From Chiloscyllium plagiosum (taxonomy: Eukaryota): a DNA stretch of 64,000 nucleotides. Location: positions 2,395,285 through 2,459,284 of the forward strand of contig NC_057753.1 in NCBI RefSeq assembly GCF_004010195.1, given 5' to 3'. Under the pieces are notes generated by a model. That model worked only from the letters and a program-made list of their open reading frames with translations. It was not told where the DNA came from and ran no database searches. This document shows positions 38,701 to 51,550 of this stretch, piece by piece. Within the stretch, counting starts at the first letter, position 1. Every line of letters starts with the position of its first letter. Position numbers and translations under genes: made by a program.

Positions 38701-39088
38701 ACGTGGGCGAACAGTAGCGCATTTCTGTCAACATGTACATATACTCTCACATCCGGAAAATACAGTATTTTTGAATGTATTGTGTCATGGATATCAAGTT
38801 TTATCCAACTACTCATAGAGTGCCTATTATGCGTTTGAGAAGATGGAGACATTAATGATTATGTAATCTCTTATTTGCTCACTTTAGTGCCATGTTAAAC
38901 CATCTGAAAACAAAAAAAATAAATCTGTGCCACCCAGCAAAATCTGGCAGGCAGCAGATGCACTCATTTTATTCTCAAACTAAGTTTTAAAGAATCAACC
39001 ATCTAATTAGCCCCCTGGGGCCTGGCATTAACTTTTATTACCACCAATCTTCAGTGAATTGCAGAATGCGCTCAGAGCTTCAGCAGAA

Positions 39089-41673
39089 ATGCATGGAATA
39101 CCGAAGGGTCTTCTGTTTTCAATTTACTATCCTATCCTTGCAGTTACCGGGATTCCAGGTTAAGTATTTGACTTAGTAACTCAGCCAATCATCACTGAAC
39201 TGCATTTTTTGTACCATTCAATCAACAATGCATCTCCCTTTCCCTCTCACGATGCATATTAACTTTCGTCAAGGTAGGTTTTCTTTGCTCTACTTGTCTA
39301 ATCTCTTCCCGGATACAAAATCACGACAACGCTACTAATTCGTCTTCAGATGACACAATCGACAAAATGGTAACATAACTTCTCAGTAGTAGTGGCTTAA
39401 TTTTCTTCTTGAATATTATTATGTAACCACTTGTCAGTGTACATCTCTTACAAATCTGTTATAGTTACACGTCTTTTGAGTTTTGCTATTTGCTGACAGT
39501 TACATATTTTCTTCATTTACCAATAACAACCCATCACGTAGATAAACTTGGGCTCTTTTTTCACACCGCTTTCGTATGTAGCTTTCTTCTTGTTATTACA
39601 GTACGAATATAATCCTGTTCTCGCCATTGGTCTCGTCCGAATCTTTGATCGGTTTTCAAGGTATAACTAGCATCCCATTATATTATTGATGAGCTTATTG
39701 TATGTGGTTTATCTTGGTGTTGTCAGTTTAAAAATATTGTTTTCTTCCGTGGCTCACATAATTCAAGTGTCAATTAACAAACTCTTCTTAGCGTGTGACA
39801 TCCAATTGTCAGTGCATTGTGTGCCTAATATCACAAGTTTCTCACAGTGTCAACGAAGTGTTACGGCGTTATTCAATGTGTACATAAGTGATGATACTGC
39901 AAATTATCAGTTGAGAGCGATTTTGGAATATTGAAGTATTTTTGCTGATTTTGATGCAGTAGTTTCCTGAACAGGCACAGTGCAGCATCGCTATGGTTTC
40001 AGTTGTACAAGACAGCAAGATTTTGGATTATCTCTGTGAAATTGTAACTGTCTATAGATGACAGAGCATGCTGCTTTGTTCTCGTTCTCCCAAACTCATT
40101 GTTTGATTCCAATTCTCTCGCATGTTGCGCTGTTGATGGCACTACTCTGTCAACTGTTGAGAGTCGGATTTTCTCCTGCTGACAACATCTGATAATGTGT
40201 TATATTCTTTCCACCTTCAGCAATTTTTCCAAGTTGAGTGTGAAACTGTATCTGGTAGCACCTCTGAAATGGAAAGTGAAATACTTTTATTTCAAATATC
40301 CACTGCAGGATAAGGTTAATCAATAGTTACATGTAGGAGGGTATTGCTTCGACTCAGAACTCCGATGGTTGAACAGAAGATTCATTTTACTGCACACGGA
40401 AAGGCTCCAAGTTTTCAGTGCCCGTGATTGGCAATTAACATTTTTATTTGCTCGCACTGTCGGCTAAAATGTCCATTGCATGCTTATTTACCTCTGTTTA
40501 AGAATAACTCTGAGCAAATTGGCTTACATGTTCCCGAACACTGATGACGTATTCTACACACATTGGAATGAATCGTATGCATTCAGGGAGAGATATCATA
40601 TTGGTTAGTTTTAGTTTCCCAGTCTATTATTATGCACCTTTTTATTTAGTATTGTTTCCATTTTCTTCATTCCTACTGTATTGCCTTGCTATGTTTATGA
40701 ACCCATGCGGTTTTCGTTTTGAGCTCAACGAAGTCTCTAACTGCCTCCCTTGTTTATTACAGCTAACCTGGTCGTGATTGTGATCCTGTCTCGAAGAACA
40801 TGTGGCCTCTCTTGCTGTATCACCTATTACCTGGTATCAATGGCAGTGGCAGATCTTCTGGTCATATTTACTGCTGTCCTCTTAAACCGAATAGCTGGTA
40901 TTTATTTTCCATTAAGTTTTCTTTCCATCACTCCATTGTGCAGTTTACGTTCTGCCTTGATTTATGCATCTATAGACAGTTCTGCCTGGTTAACAGTCAC
41001 TTTTACGTTTGACCGATTTGTGGCCATTTCATGCCAGAAGCTGAAAATACGGTATTGCACTGAGATGGTGGCTGCATGGGTTATAGGAATCGTGTGCACG
41101 TTGAGTTGTATAAAAAATGCCTTCTTTTATTTTGTATATGACCCTATATACGTAATTAAAAATATGCCATGGTTCTGTCGTGTGAAAGTTATATTTTACA
41201 CGTCACCTGCCTGGGCTGCATTTGACTGGATGCGATCCATTCTAACCCCCTGTCTCCCATTCATTCTGATTGTACTGCTCAATGCTCTGACGGTCAGACA
41301 TGTTCTAGCAGCTAATAAAGCCCGCAGGAGAGTTCGGGCTCAGAACAATGGAGAGAACCAGAATGACCCAGAAGTTGAGAAACGGAAAAAGTCCATTGTT
41401 TTACTTTTTGCCATTTCGTGCAATTTCATCCTACTCTATTTACTATTCATGATAACGATTCTCTATGTCCGAATTGCCAATGTTACTTATTTCTCAGGTT
41501 CTGATTCTGGTGAACCAACATTCAGTCTTGAGGAATATGGATTTATGCTTCAGCTTCTGAGTTCTTGCATCAATCCCTTTATTTATGCTGGAGTGCAGGC
41601 TAAATTCAGAGCAGAATTAATGAATGGGGTGAAGTATCCATTGAGGTTATTACGTAAGTCACTCAACCTATGA
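39089..41673 (+). CDS. GPR139-like class A GPCR, two exons (39089-39158, 40763-41673)
   Basis: Exon 1 MHGIPKGLLFSIYYPILAVTGIP-G|GT (phase 1) joins TACAG|CT-AAC to give ...GIPANLVVIVIL (complete TM1); TFDRFVAI, NPFIY; stop ends at 41673. Confidence 0.92.
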
Positions 41674-41689
41674 CAGCAGGAAAATTCTG

Positions 41690-43370
41690 CACCAGTAGTT
41701 TATGATAACACGTTTCCTCTAAATGCCCAAATTTCAAATAGCCCTTCTTCCAAAAAATATTTTTCTTAGTTTTCAAACTCTCTTGGCTGCGTGATCACAG
41801 GTGCATTCTTAAGAGTGTTCATGGCGTTTACGTTCACTGCAGAGTGATATCAAGTGGGCGTTGTGACGTAGTACCATTTTCCTACCATTTACCAGTATCC
41901 TTGCTATTACTCTATTTGAATAAATATGTTATGGCAGTCCTATTGCCTTGATTGAGCTTGCCTGCTCCAGTATTCCAGAAAGTGCATTCGAGAACTTGAC
42001 CACCAGCTGTGTGATAAGGCATATATTCTTCTCCAGCATTTGATTCATTTGCAAGTTCTATTTAATCTGTGTCCTCCCATTTTGTATTTTTTTCATATCT
42101 GGGTTCAGTGTATCTCTATCTTTCTCTCTAAACCTCATGTGATTTTGCAACCACTTATGATACCTCTTTTGAATCTTGTCCTTTCCGAGGGAAATTGTCC
42201 CAATTTCTCACATCTCACTTTTTAAGTGAAGCTCTGAATCCTTGCACACATTTTCATAAATGTCTGCGGAAGTCTCTCCAAAGCACTCTAAAATTGTACA
42301 AAATACGTCAGTTGAGACTGAACTAATGTGTTGGTAAATTGCAACATTATCTCCTTTCTCTTCTTTCTGTGACCAAGTTAATAACTCCAAATGAGATATG
42401 CAGTATCAATAAAATATGAATATCAAATTATTCTGACGTCAGTGGAACATGAAGAAAATGTTTAAAACCATATTTCGTGATACAGTCGCGTGTTTCGTCT
42501 CTCTTGCTACATGCTATTCCTGTTTCTCAGTCATTCAGTGAGATTTCACAGAAATTTATAATAGAACGAAAGAGCAGTGTAAATTCTTGTCCCTTTACAT
42601 TATTGCAATAGATTTTTAATTCCGCGGTGACCAGAGTGGGAGTAAGGTGGAAATAGGGTGTCTGATCACTATCGTCTGATTGACAATGTGGATCTGCTAG
42701 ATGTTTTTTGGATGTGCATGGTAGTTCAATCGATCGTTTGGTGAACACCCGTTGTCATTTCGCCCTTTTGTGGAAGTAAGTAGAGCAGCAAATGATCATT
42801 CCGTAGATTCTTCAGCATTCCTTTCTCAATGAACAGCAGATTGTCAAAATAAATTCTCAACATTTACTTCAATGTAATTTTAGAAACTTGTCGTGTTCAA
42901 GTTGATAACTACTGCCTCACCCAACTTCCACTGCTCATCCTTACTCGTCTTAGCATGGACAAAATTATAATGAATCGCTTCAAAGGGACCTTTAAACTGT
43001 GTACTATTTAAATTTCCTCAATGAATAGAACTGAATATTCAGGTGAATACCTGAAATAAAATTCCATAATTTCACATATTTGCACTTTTAACTTTTTCAG
43101 TCTTGATTGCCAGCCCTGCATTTGAAAATACTTGAATTAGAATACAGTATGGCATTATAACCAGAATTGGGCATCACCAATACAACCATCCTAAAATAAC
43201 GCTATCAGCACTGAAACTAACCTCCAATGAATGGAATATATCGAAAAATGCTGAAAATACAAGGAAGATCAGAAAACGTCTTTTCAGAACGAATAACAGT
43301 TAACCCTTCAATGTTACTTGCTACTCCTGGAACGTTTACTGTCCTCGATCAGTCATACTCTTTGGAAGTA
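41690..43370 (+). repeat. Partial third copy of the post-GPCR duplication unit
   Basis: Collinear with ~3740-5590 and ~12580-14450. Confidence 0.8.
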
Positions 43371-43965
43371 AACGTCTTTTGTCATAATCAGCGATGGGCA
43401 ACAATGGTACCAACTGAATCTTTCTCCCTGGAAATTGTGGCAATTAATTCCCCAAAACGATGGTCTTTATGCAGGAAGATCATGGTCATTTAAGATCAAA
43501 TATCTATGCCTCACGCATGATTATACCGGTGAATCTGGTGTACACACCGTGCAAAAGTCACTTATTGACAGTGTTCTGGAGAATACCACGTTTTACCTGC
43601 ATTGTAGGATTGAAATATTCACAATTTTGACGGAACATACACCGACTAACTATTGCTGAATCGATATATTAAAGCTGGCATCATGAGCCAAAAACAATTG
43701 CTCCATGGATATTGATAGTACAAGGGAGAATCAAGGGGTCAGTTAGGGCTAAATGTATGACCGGAGTAGCAGACAAATTGATTATCAGGTTCCACTCCAT
43801 GAGTATCAGGTGTGATAACAAAAGATCGCAAGGCACCATTTTTTTCAAAACAAACAGAAGGGAAAACTGTTAAAAACAACGGTGATGGACAATTAATAAA
43901 GTTTGTGAGAAGATTTGTAGCTCGGGTGCTCGTTGCTGTGGTTCTGTTCGCCGAGCTGGAAATTT

Positions 43966-44002
43966 TACGTTTCGTCCCCTGTCTAGGTGACATCCTCAGT
44001 GC
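43966..44002 (-). ncRNA. Minimal hammerhead ribozyme motif in Penelope pLTR (stem I partner deleted)
   Basis: GCA-CTGAGGA-tGTCaCCTagacAGGgGAC-GAAAC-GTA. Confidence 0.65.
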
Positions 44003-45197
44003 TTGGGAGCCTCCTGTGAAGCGCTTCTGTGGTGTTTCCTCCGGCATTTATAGTGGCCTGTCCCTGCCGCTTCCGGTTGTCAGTTTCAGCTGTCAGCTGT
44101 AGTGGCCAGTATATTGGGTCCAGGTCGATGTGTTTGTTGATGGAGGTTGTGGATGAGTGCCATGCTTCGAGGAATTCCCTGGCTGTTCTTTGTTTCGCTT
44201 GCCCTATAATGGTAGTGTTGTCCCAGCCAAATTCATGTTGCTTGTNNNNNNNNNNNNNNNNNNNNNNNNNNNNNNNNNNNNNNNNNNNNNNNNNNNNNNN
44301 NNNNNNNNNNNNNNNNNNNNNNNNNNNNNNNNNNNNNNNNNNNNNNNNNNNNNNNNNNNNNNNNNNNNNNNNNNNNNNNNNNNNNNNNNNNNNNNNNNNN
44401 NNNNNNNNNNNNNNNNNNNNNNNNNNNNNNNNNNNNNNNNNNNNNNNNNNNNNNNNNNNNGTCCTTTGGGTTGCGGCATGTCCTCATTCCGTTGTCTTTC
44501 CCTTAGGCATCTGTTGATGAAATTGCGAGGATATCCGTTATTGGCGAATACCTTGTATTGGTGTTCCTCTTCCTCTTTTTGCAGTTCTGGTGTGCTGCAG
44601 TGTGTTGTGGCCCTGTTGAATAGTGTCTTGATGCAACTACGTTTGTGTGTATTGGGGTGGTTGCTTTGGTAGTTCAGGACTTGGTCTGTGTGTGTGGCTT
44701 TCCTGTGTACCTTAGTGGTGAATTCTCGGTTTGGTGTTCTCTGTACCCTCACGTCTAGGAATGGGAGTTGGTTGTCCTTTTCTTCCTCACTCGTGAATCA
44801 GATTCCTGTGAGTGTGGAGTTGATGATCCGGTGTGTTTTCTCTATTTCCGTGTTTTTAATGATTACAAAGGTGTCATCAACGTATCTGACCCAGAGTTTG
44901 AGTTGAATTTGTGGTAAGACTGTTTGTTCTAACCTTTGCATTACTGCTTCTGCTATGAGTCCAGAGATGGGTGAGCCCATGGGTGTGCCGTTGATTTGTT
45001 CATATATTTGGTTGTTGAATGTGAAGTGTGTTGTGAGGCACAGGTCCAGTAGTTTGAGTATGCCGTCTTTGTTGATGGGTTCAACGTCCTGTTGTCTGTT
45101 ATGTCTGTTTTCAGGTTGGCTATTGTTTCTCTGGATAGGGCTTTGTCAATATTTCTGATGATGTCCAATAATTCCTGTGTTGATTGTATAGAGTTTC

Positions 45198-45513
45198 TGA
45201 TTAGATTACTTACAGTGTGGAAACAGGCCCTTCGGCTCAACAAGTCCACACCGACCCGCCGAAGCGCAACCCACCCATACCCCTACATTTACACCTTACC
45301 TAACACTACGGGCAATTTAATTTAGCATGGCCAATTCACCTGACCTTGCACATCTTTGGACTGTGGGAGGAAACCGGAGCACCCGGGGGAAACCCACGCA
45401 GACACGGGGAGAACGTGCAAACTCCACGCAGTCAGTCGCCTGAGGCGGGAATTGAACCCGGGTCTCTGGCGCTGTGAGGCAACAGTGCTAACCACTGTGC
45501 CACCGTGCCGCCC
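45198..45513 (-). mobile_element. HE1-like SINE nested in Penelope
   Basis: Near-identical to the 8440 family, antisense. Confidence 0.93.
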
Positions 45514-46887
45514 ACTAAGTCTGGATCCGCTGATCAGGTGTTTCAGTTTCTGCTGTAGTTCTTTAGCCAGTTTGTGTGATGGTGTCCCTGGTAGTGATAC
45601 TATGGGTCTTAGTGGGATGTCTGGTTTGTGCACTTTAGGTCGTCCGTAGAATCTGGGGCTGTTGTTGCTTTCAGGTTTCATTCTTTGTAGGTCAGGCCTG
45701 GTTATCTGTCCGTTTTTTTGTAGGTTCCTCAGTGTGTTGTTTATCCTATTGATGAACTGTGGGGTGGGGTCAAACTCCCTCTTTTGGTAAATGGTGGTAT
45801 CTGTAAGTAGTTGTTGTGCTTTTTGGATGTACTTTGCTTTGTCCAGGATGACCGTCATTCTGCCTTTGTCTGCTGGTAGTATGATTATGTTCTTATCGTT
45901 TCTTAGTGATTTTAGTGCTTCCCTCTCCTTGGTGTTGAGGTTATGTGTTTGTCTTTTCCTTGTTATCAGGGGTACGATACTTTGTCTCACTGTTTGTTGT
46001 GTCTCTTCTGTCAGTCCATTGTTCCTGAGTATGCATTCTAGTGCTGCAAGGAAGTCTGCTGTCTTGGCGTCCCTGTAGTTGTAGTTGAGCCCCTTGGCCA
46101 GTATTGTTCTTTCCNNNNNNNNNNNNNNNNNNNNNNNNNNNNNNNNNNNNNNNNNNNNNNNNNNNNNNNNNNNNNNNNNNNNNNNNNNNNNNNNNNNNNN
46201 NNNNNNNNNNNNNNNNNNNNNGGAGAGGTTTTTAACCCAGGTGTGTGTTGTGGTGTCCTCTTTGTTGTGTGTTAGTTTGGCCATTTTTCCTTTTAGTGCC
46301 GTTTTTTTGCGGTGTGTATTCCTGTTCTGTCCTATGGTGACAGCCTGTTCTATGGTCCGGGTCCATTCCTGATTAGTGGTTTTTGAAATTAACGACTTTT
46401 GGCGCGCAATTTCTTGTCTGTATCTGTGAAGTCGGTTGTGAGCGTCTGTAATCATTACCTGGATCATCCTGAGTCCGTTCTGTCTGGCTGTGTCTCTGGC
46501 TTGTGGGTTTTTGACTGGCGGTCTGTATCTGACACTTGGTGGAAGGATTCGATTCTTTCGGTATTCATGCAGGAACCTGAGTTGTTCGTATGTGGCGCTT
46601 AGGCGGTTAGCGCAGGATTCCCATTTCCTGGCTTGTCTTCGCGTCTCTCGCCCGTAGGTGTTCAAAGTTTGTGAGAACAATTATAGGGCAAGCCAAACAA
46701 ACTACAGCCAGGGAATTCCTCGAAGCATGGCACTCATCCACAACCTCCATCAACAAACACATCGACCTGGACCCAATATACCGGCCACTACAGCGGACAG
46801 CTGAAACTGACAACCGGAATCGGCAGGGACAGGCCACTATAAATGCCGGAGGAAACACCACAGAAGCGCTTCACAGGAGGCTCCCAA

Positions 46888-46927
46888 GCACTGAGGATGT
46901 CACCTAGACAGGGGCCGAAACGTTTGC
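46888..46927 (+). ncRNA. Minimal hammerhead ribozyme motif in the inverted Penelope pLTR
   Basis: GCA-CTGAGGA-stem II-GAAAC-GTT-TGC; GCA/TGC stem I and palindromic AACGTT in the stem III position. Confidence 0.7.
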
Positions 46928-49900
46928 AACAAAACTTTCCAGCTCGCCGAACAGGACAATTAACAAAACTAAGATTTATTGTGAAATCTGGAACAGAATG
47001 CCCTCCTAAGTCAATTTAATGCAGACAGTCTAACTTCGCTGAGTTCTGTGGACAGACAGCCTGTCCTTGCAAGTTTTGCAAATAATCTAATTCGGCAGAG
47101 TCAGGGGAAAACTCAAGAGCAGAAACACATTTTTCAACAGTAAAGGAAAAGGAAAACAATTCCTTATGTGGAAAAGGGCTCGAACTGTTCCCGAGCTGAT
47201 TGTCCTTGTGGTGAGATAAGGCTGAGCGAAGTATGCTATAAAGAAAACATGTGAATGATACTCGGGAACCCTTGCATAAGGCATTTTGTCAAGTACAGAG
47301 GGTCCCTTTGCAAAGGCATGTAAAATTGTTTTATTTGCTCTTGCTAGCATTTGAGTTGAGTCAATTTAATTTCCACGACAACAACACCGTGATTATTTAT
47401 GACAGGAGACAGATAGAGGCAGAAGTAGGAGATCAACAGGAGAATGCAAAATCATGTTAAAATAATTTGTGACGGCTCCTTATCTGAATCGAGAAAGGAA
47501 AACAGGTTGTGTTATTAATGTAGACGATTAACATGGAGACGAAGTTGGCAGTAGAGCTCTCAAACTGACAAAGAGTGCTCAAGCAACTCAGTTGACAGCA
47601 GTGGTATATATAGTGAGTACCCAGTACAATATCGCTCAGGATCTGCCATCTAATCAGATAGTATGCATGTGCACAGCAATTTGAAAGAATGCCTTCTTTG
47701 TGGGACATAACAGAATATGCACTGAGCGACGGATATGTCCTACCATCCGCCCCTTTCAAAATGGTGAAAGGACGAGAACATGGAATAATGAAACTGAAGA
47801 CTCGTTAGAAGTGATCACGAGGTCGATGTGCCAAAAAATGAGGTAACAGGTGAAGAAGAATGTCTGCCGCACATTGAAGGAATCGAAGCGCAGCAAGAGA
47901 AAGAGTAGTTTCGAATTGATTTGGCAGGAGATAACAGAAAAGACAAAGATTTGCAAAAAGTATTGAAAGGGCAGAAATCGGTGGAACTTAAGTGATAAAA
48001 GGGCATACATAGAAAGGAAGGTGTGGCTGTGCTGAAGGAAATTTGCCGTACCTCAGGGAGAAAGGAATCAGATGATTTATTTTTACCACAATATATATGG
48101 ATATCAAGGTGGATGAATACTGTGGAGAGGCAGAACGAGGTATTTTGGTGGCCACGAATGAAGGGGACATGCAACAATCCATAAGAATTTGTCCAATAAT
48201 TGCTCAATTAATATCAGCAGAAATGTGAAGAAATAGTTCTGAGACCCACAAGGCCAATCGAGTCGCCCTGCACAAATCTACAAATTGACTTTAGGTTTCC
48301 ACAACCCCTTATCACGAGAGAACATCAGCATATCCAGCTGATAATGGATAAAATCACCAAATGTGTAGAGGTGTTTCCCACTCAAACTAACACTATTTAG
48401 ATTCCACCATCTACGTTGGAAACGGTTGTTAATTATTGTGGTTGTGTGACGAGTATAAGTCAGATCAAGGATGAAGTATTTTATGGCCCAGTTGATGTAG
48501 AGTGCCATGACACTACAAGGGATTAAGCAAAAGTTCCACATACCTTGGGCCACAATCCAGTGAAGTAAAGGAGAGAATGAATAGAACCCTGGAGGACATG
48601 CTGACCAAAATACCAATATCAGAACACTTGGTAAATAGTCTTGACAAATAGCCTCATGTCCTGATAATAGCAGCAAAAACTATGGCCTCCTCTACAAGAG
48701 TGAGCCCCTATAGGTTCATGACAGGCAGAGAGATGCGTGGCCTCCAGCCACTGTTAGTCAAGACCAGAGCCAACAGAAGTAGACGGATTAATGAAAGACA
48801 AGTGAATAAAACAAGGGGTTGAGAGTGTAGAAATGCTGAACTACGTAGCTACAAATATCATGGATAAGCATGTAACGCATGTTTTGACTCCAAGGCAAAA
48901 CCAGTGGAGCCACAAGCTGGCAAAAGGTAAAGGTACCTGCGCATCAAATACACCCAAATGGTCCTGAGATTTGCAGGACAATATGAGGTGAGAAGATAAC
49001 GTGAGCCCCACAATATGTAAACCGATTTCAGCTCCAAATAATCGCTGATACCAAAATAAGTAGTTACAGCCCTTTGGATGAAACACGAAAATTGCCACCA
49101 TAAGCACGTAATTCTAGTAATTCGTGATGTCCCAGAATTGGGAGACTTTGGGTTAGACTGGCCATGTATACATCAGCACTCGAACCAGATGGTGGGGCAA
49201 TTACCCTTTTAAATATACCACTCCCCGAAGCCTCCAGGAATAGAATGCTCTTGTGGTATCATGAGACAAAACAAGAGATAAAGAAAGAAAGGTTAAGCTA
49301 GCAGGATATTTACTGACGTGGTTAACCCCGCAAACGATATGGCGCTAAATGAAGTGATGGACAATTAGAAGTGACACTGATTTGCATGAATTGCTGATGG
49401 GGTGCAGAAATTTAGCATGTAAGTAATGTGCTCACTAAAGAAAAATAAATGATAATAAATTGCAAATAAGATCAGAAATTACATTTCTTTTACAGGGGAC
49501 CCAGCCAATGAGATGATGATTACTGAAGCTTTATATTTTGGTTAAGCTGGGCTAATGGATATTGTGATTACACTCCTCCAACAGGAAACCAAAGGGAAGG
49601 GGAATGGAGTAAAATTCAATAGTAATAACAAACTGCGCATTGCAGAGATTCAGACAGTAAAGCTTAGCTGTTAAAATAGCTTCAGACTCACCATCACACT
49701 CTTTTTTAGGCTGAGACGGTACCGTGGACGGCAGGCGTACTGTCCAAGTAAACTAGATTGCCATTTTGAGGTTAAAAACGGACCGATGTGAAATTGCAGG
49801 GTAATGGGGGCAAGAGAAAATGGACACCGATTGTGCACCACTTTATGTAAAGTTACTGACAAGATTAGACACTGTTAGAGAGAAATGTCAAAGTGGACTC

Positions 49901-50264
49901 CTGATTCCCGTGTGCAGGAGAACAAATCGACCATTGCTCAGAGCCCTTTATCAGCCGGCATTTGAGAGGGCTCTCTCTCTCTCTCTCTCCGACATTCTGG
50001 TTACCCAACGAAGCACAACACTTTTGGACATTTCACATTTAAATAATCCCACGCAACACGGATGCCAATATTAGCTGCACCCCTAATCTATACATTCAAA
50101 GCTGTAAACACAGGATCAATGACGGACAGCTCAATAGACAGCCTTCATTCCTCCCATAATCTCTTGATGTCTACCAGTCATCTCCGTTATTAGTCCTTCG
50201 GATCTTACAATGCATTTGACAGTTATTCTCCTCCCCAGACATGTACCACTTAAATCAAGTTAAA

Positions 50265-51550
50265 GAGTCATAGAGTCAAAAAGATGCACAGCGCAGAAAC
50301 CCCTTCGGCTCAACATGGCAATGCCGACCAGATCCCAACGAACCTAGTCCCACCTGCCAGCACGTGGCCCATATCCCTCCAAACCCTTCCTACTCATATG
50401 CCCGTGCAGATGCCTTTTAAATGTTGCAATTGTACTAGCCTTCACCACATCCTCTGGCAGCTCATTCCATACACGTACCACCCTCTGAGAGAAAAGGGTG
50501 TATTTTATGTCTTTCCCCTCTCACCCTAAATCTATGCCCTCTAGTTCTGTATTCACCCACCCCAGGGAAAAGACCGTGTCTGATTATCCTATCGATGAGC
50601 CTCACGACTATATAATCTCTGTACGGTCACCCTGCAGCCACTGACGCTCCAGAGAAAACAGTCCCAGCCTGTTCAACCTCTCCCTATATCTCAAATCCTC
50701 CAACCCTGGCAACATCCTCGTTAATCTTTTCTGAACCCTTTCAAGTTTCACAGCATCTTTGCGATAGGAAGGAGACCAGAATTACACGCAATATTCCAAC
50801 AGTGGCCTAACCAATGTCCTGTACAGCCGCAACATAACCTCATAACTCCTGTTCTCAATACTCTGACCAATAAAGGAAAGCATACGAAAAGCCTTCTTCA
50901 CTACCCTATGTAGCTGCGCCTCCACTTTCAAGGAGCTATGAACTTGCACTCCAAGGTCTCTTTGCTCAGCAACACTCCCGAATATCTTTCGATTAAGCGT
51001 CTATGTCCTGCTAAGATTTGCTCTCGCAAAATGCAGCGCTTCACATTCATCTAAATTAAACTCCACCTGCTACTTTTTAGCCCATTGGCCATCTGACCAA
51101 GATACCGTTGCATTCTGAGGTAACCTCCTTCACTGTGCACTACACCTCCAATGTCGGTGTCTTTTGAAAACTTACTAACTATAACTCCTCTGTTCACATG
51201 CAAATCATCTATATACATTATGAAAATTAGTGGACCCAGCAGCGATTCTTGTGGCACTCCTTTGGTCACAGGCCTCCACTTTGAAAAATAATCCTCCACC
51301 GTCACTCCTCTGTCTTTTACCTCTGAGCCAGTTCTCTGTCGAAATGGCTAGTTCTCCCTGTATTCCATGAGATCTAAACTTGCTACCCAGTCTACCATTG
51401 GGAACCTTGTTGAAAGCCTTGTTGAAGTCCATATAGCACATGTCTACCGCTCAGCCCTCATCAATCTTCTTTGTTACGTCTTCAGAGAACTCAATCAAGT
51501 TTGTGAGACATGATTTCCCAAAAACAAAGAAATGTTGTCTATTTCTAATC
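50265..51550 (-). mobile_element. CR1 LINE 3' part
   Basis: ORFs 51051-51441 (YMDFNKAFNKVP, GVPQ.S.LGP); antisense tail agagtcatagagtc. Confidence 0.92.

Larger units (their letters stand above)
43901..46953 (-). mobile_element. Penelope-like retroelement with inverted pseudo-LTRs
   Basis: ORF pieces PADKG..TV.LD, RFYG.PKVHKPDIPLRPIVS, GSPISG, WVRYVDDTF and C-terminal REFLEAWH; ~43945-44215 and ~46680-46953 are inverted repeats; TSD GGACAATTAA(T/C)AAA at 43887-43900 and 46954-46967; most of the GIY-YIG region falls in the N gap. Confidence 0.92.
43390..49960 (+). mobile_element. Endogenous retrovirus relic (tether, RNase H, integrase, possible env region), interrupted by Penelope
   Basis: YTPCKSHLLTVFW...LTEHTP (43541-43644, degenerate RNase H/tether); IICDGS (47462) and SAQATQLTA (47574, RNase H); DKITKCVEVFP (48347), SDQG (48460) and ERMNRTL (48571, integrase core); many frameshifts. 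Confidence 0.75.

Noticed and set aside
39977-40016. CACAGTG in the GPCR intron as an RSS
   Set aside because: Spacer would be 24 nt, the nonamer is poor, and no V-like sequence lies upstream.
44246-44460. ORFs spanning N runs (also 46115-46221)
   Set aside because: Assembly gaps; ORF lengths across them are artefactual.
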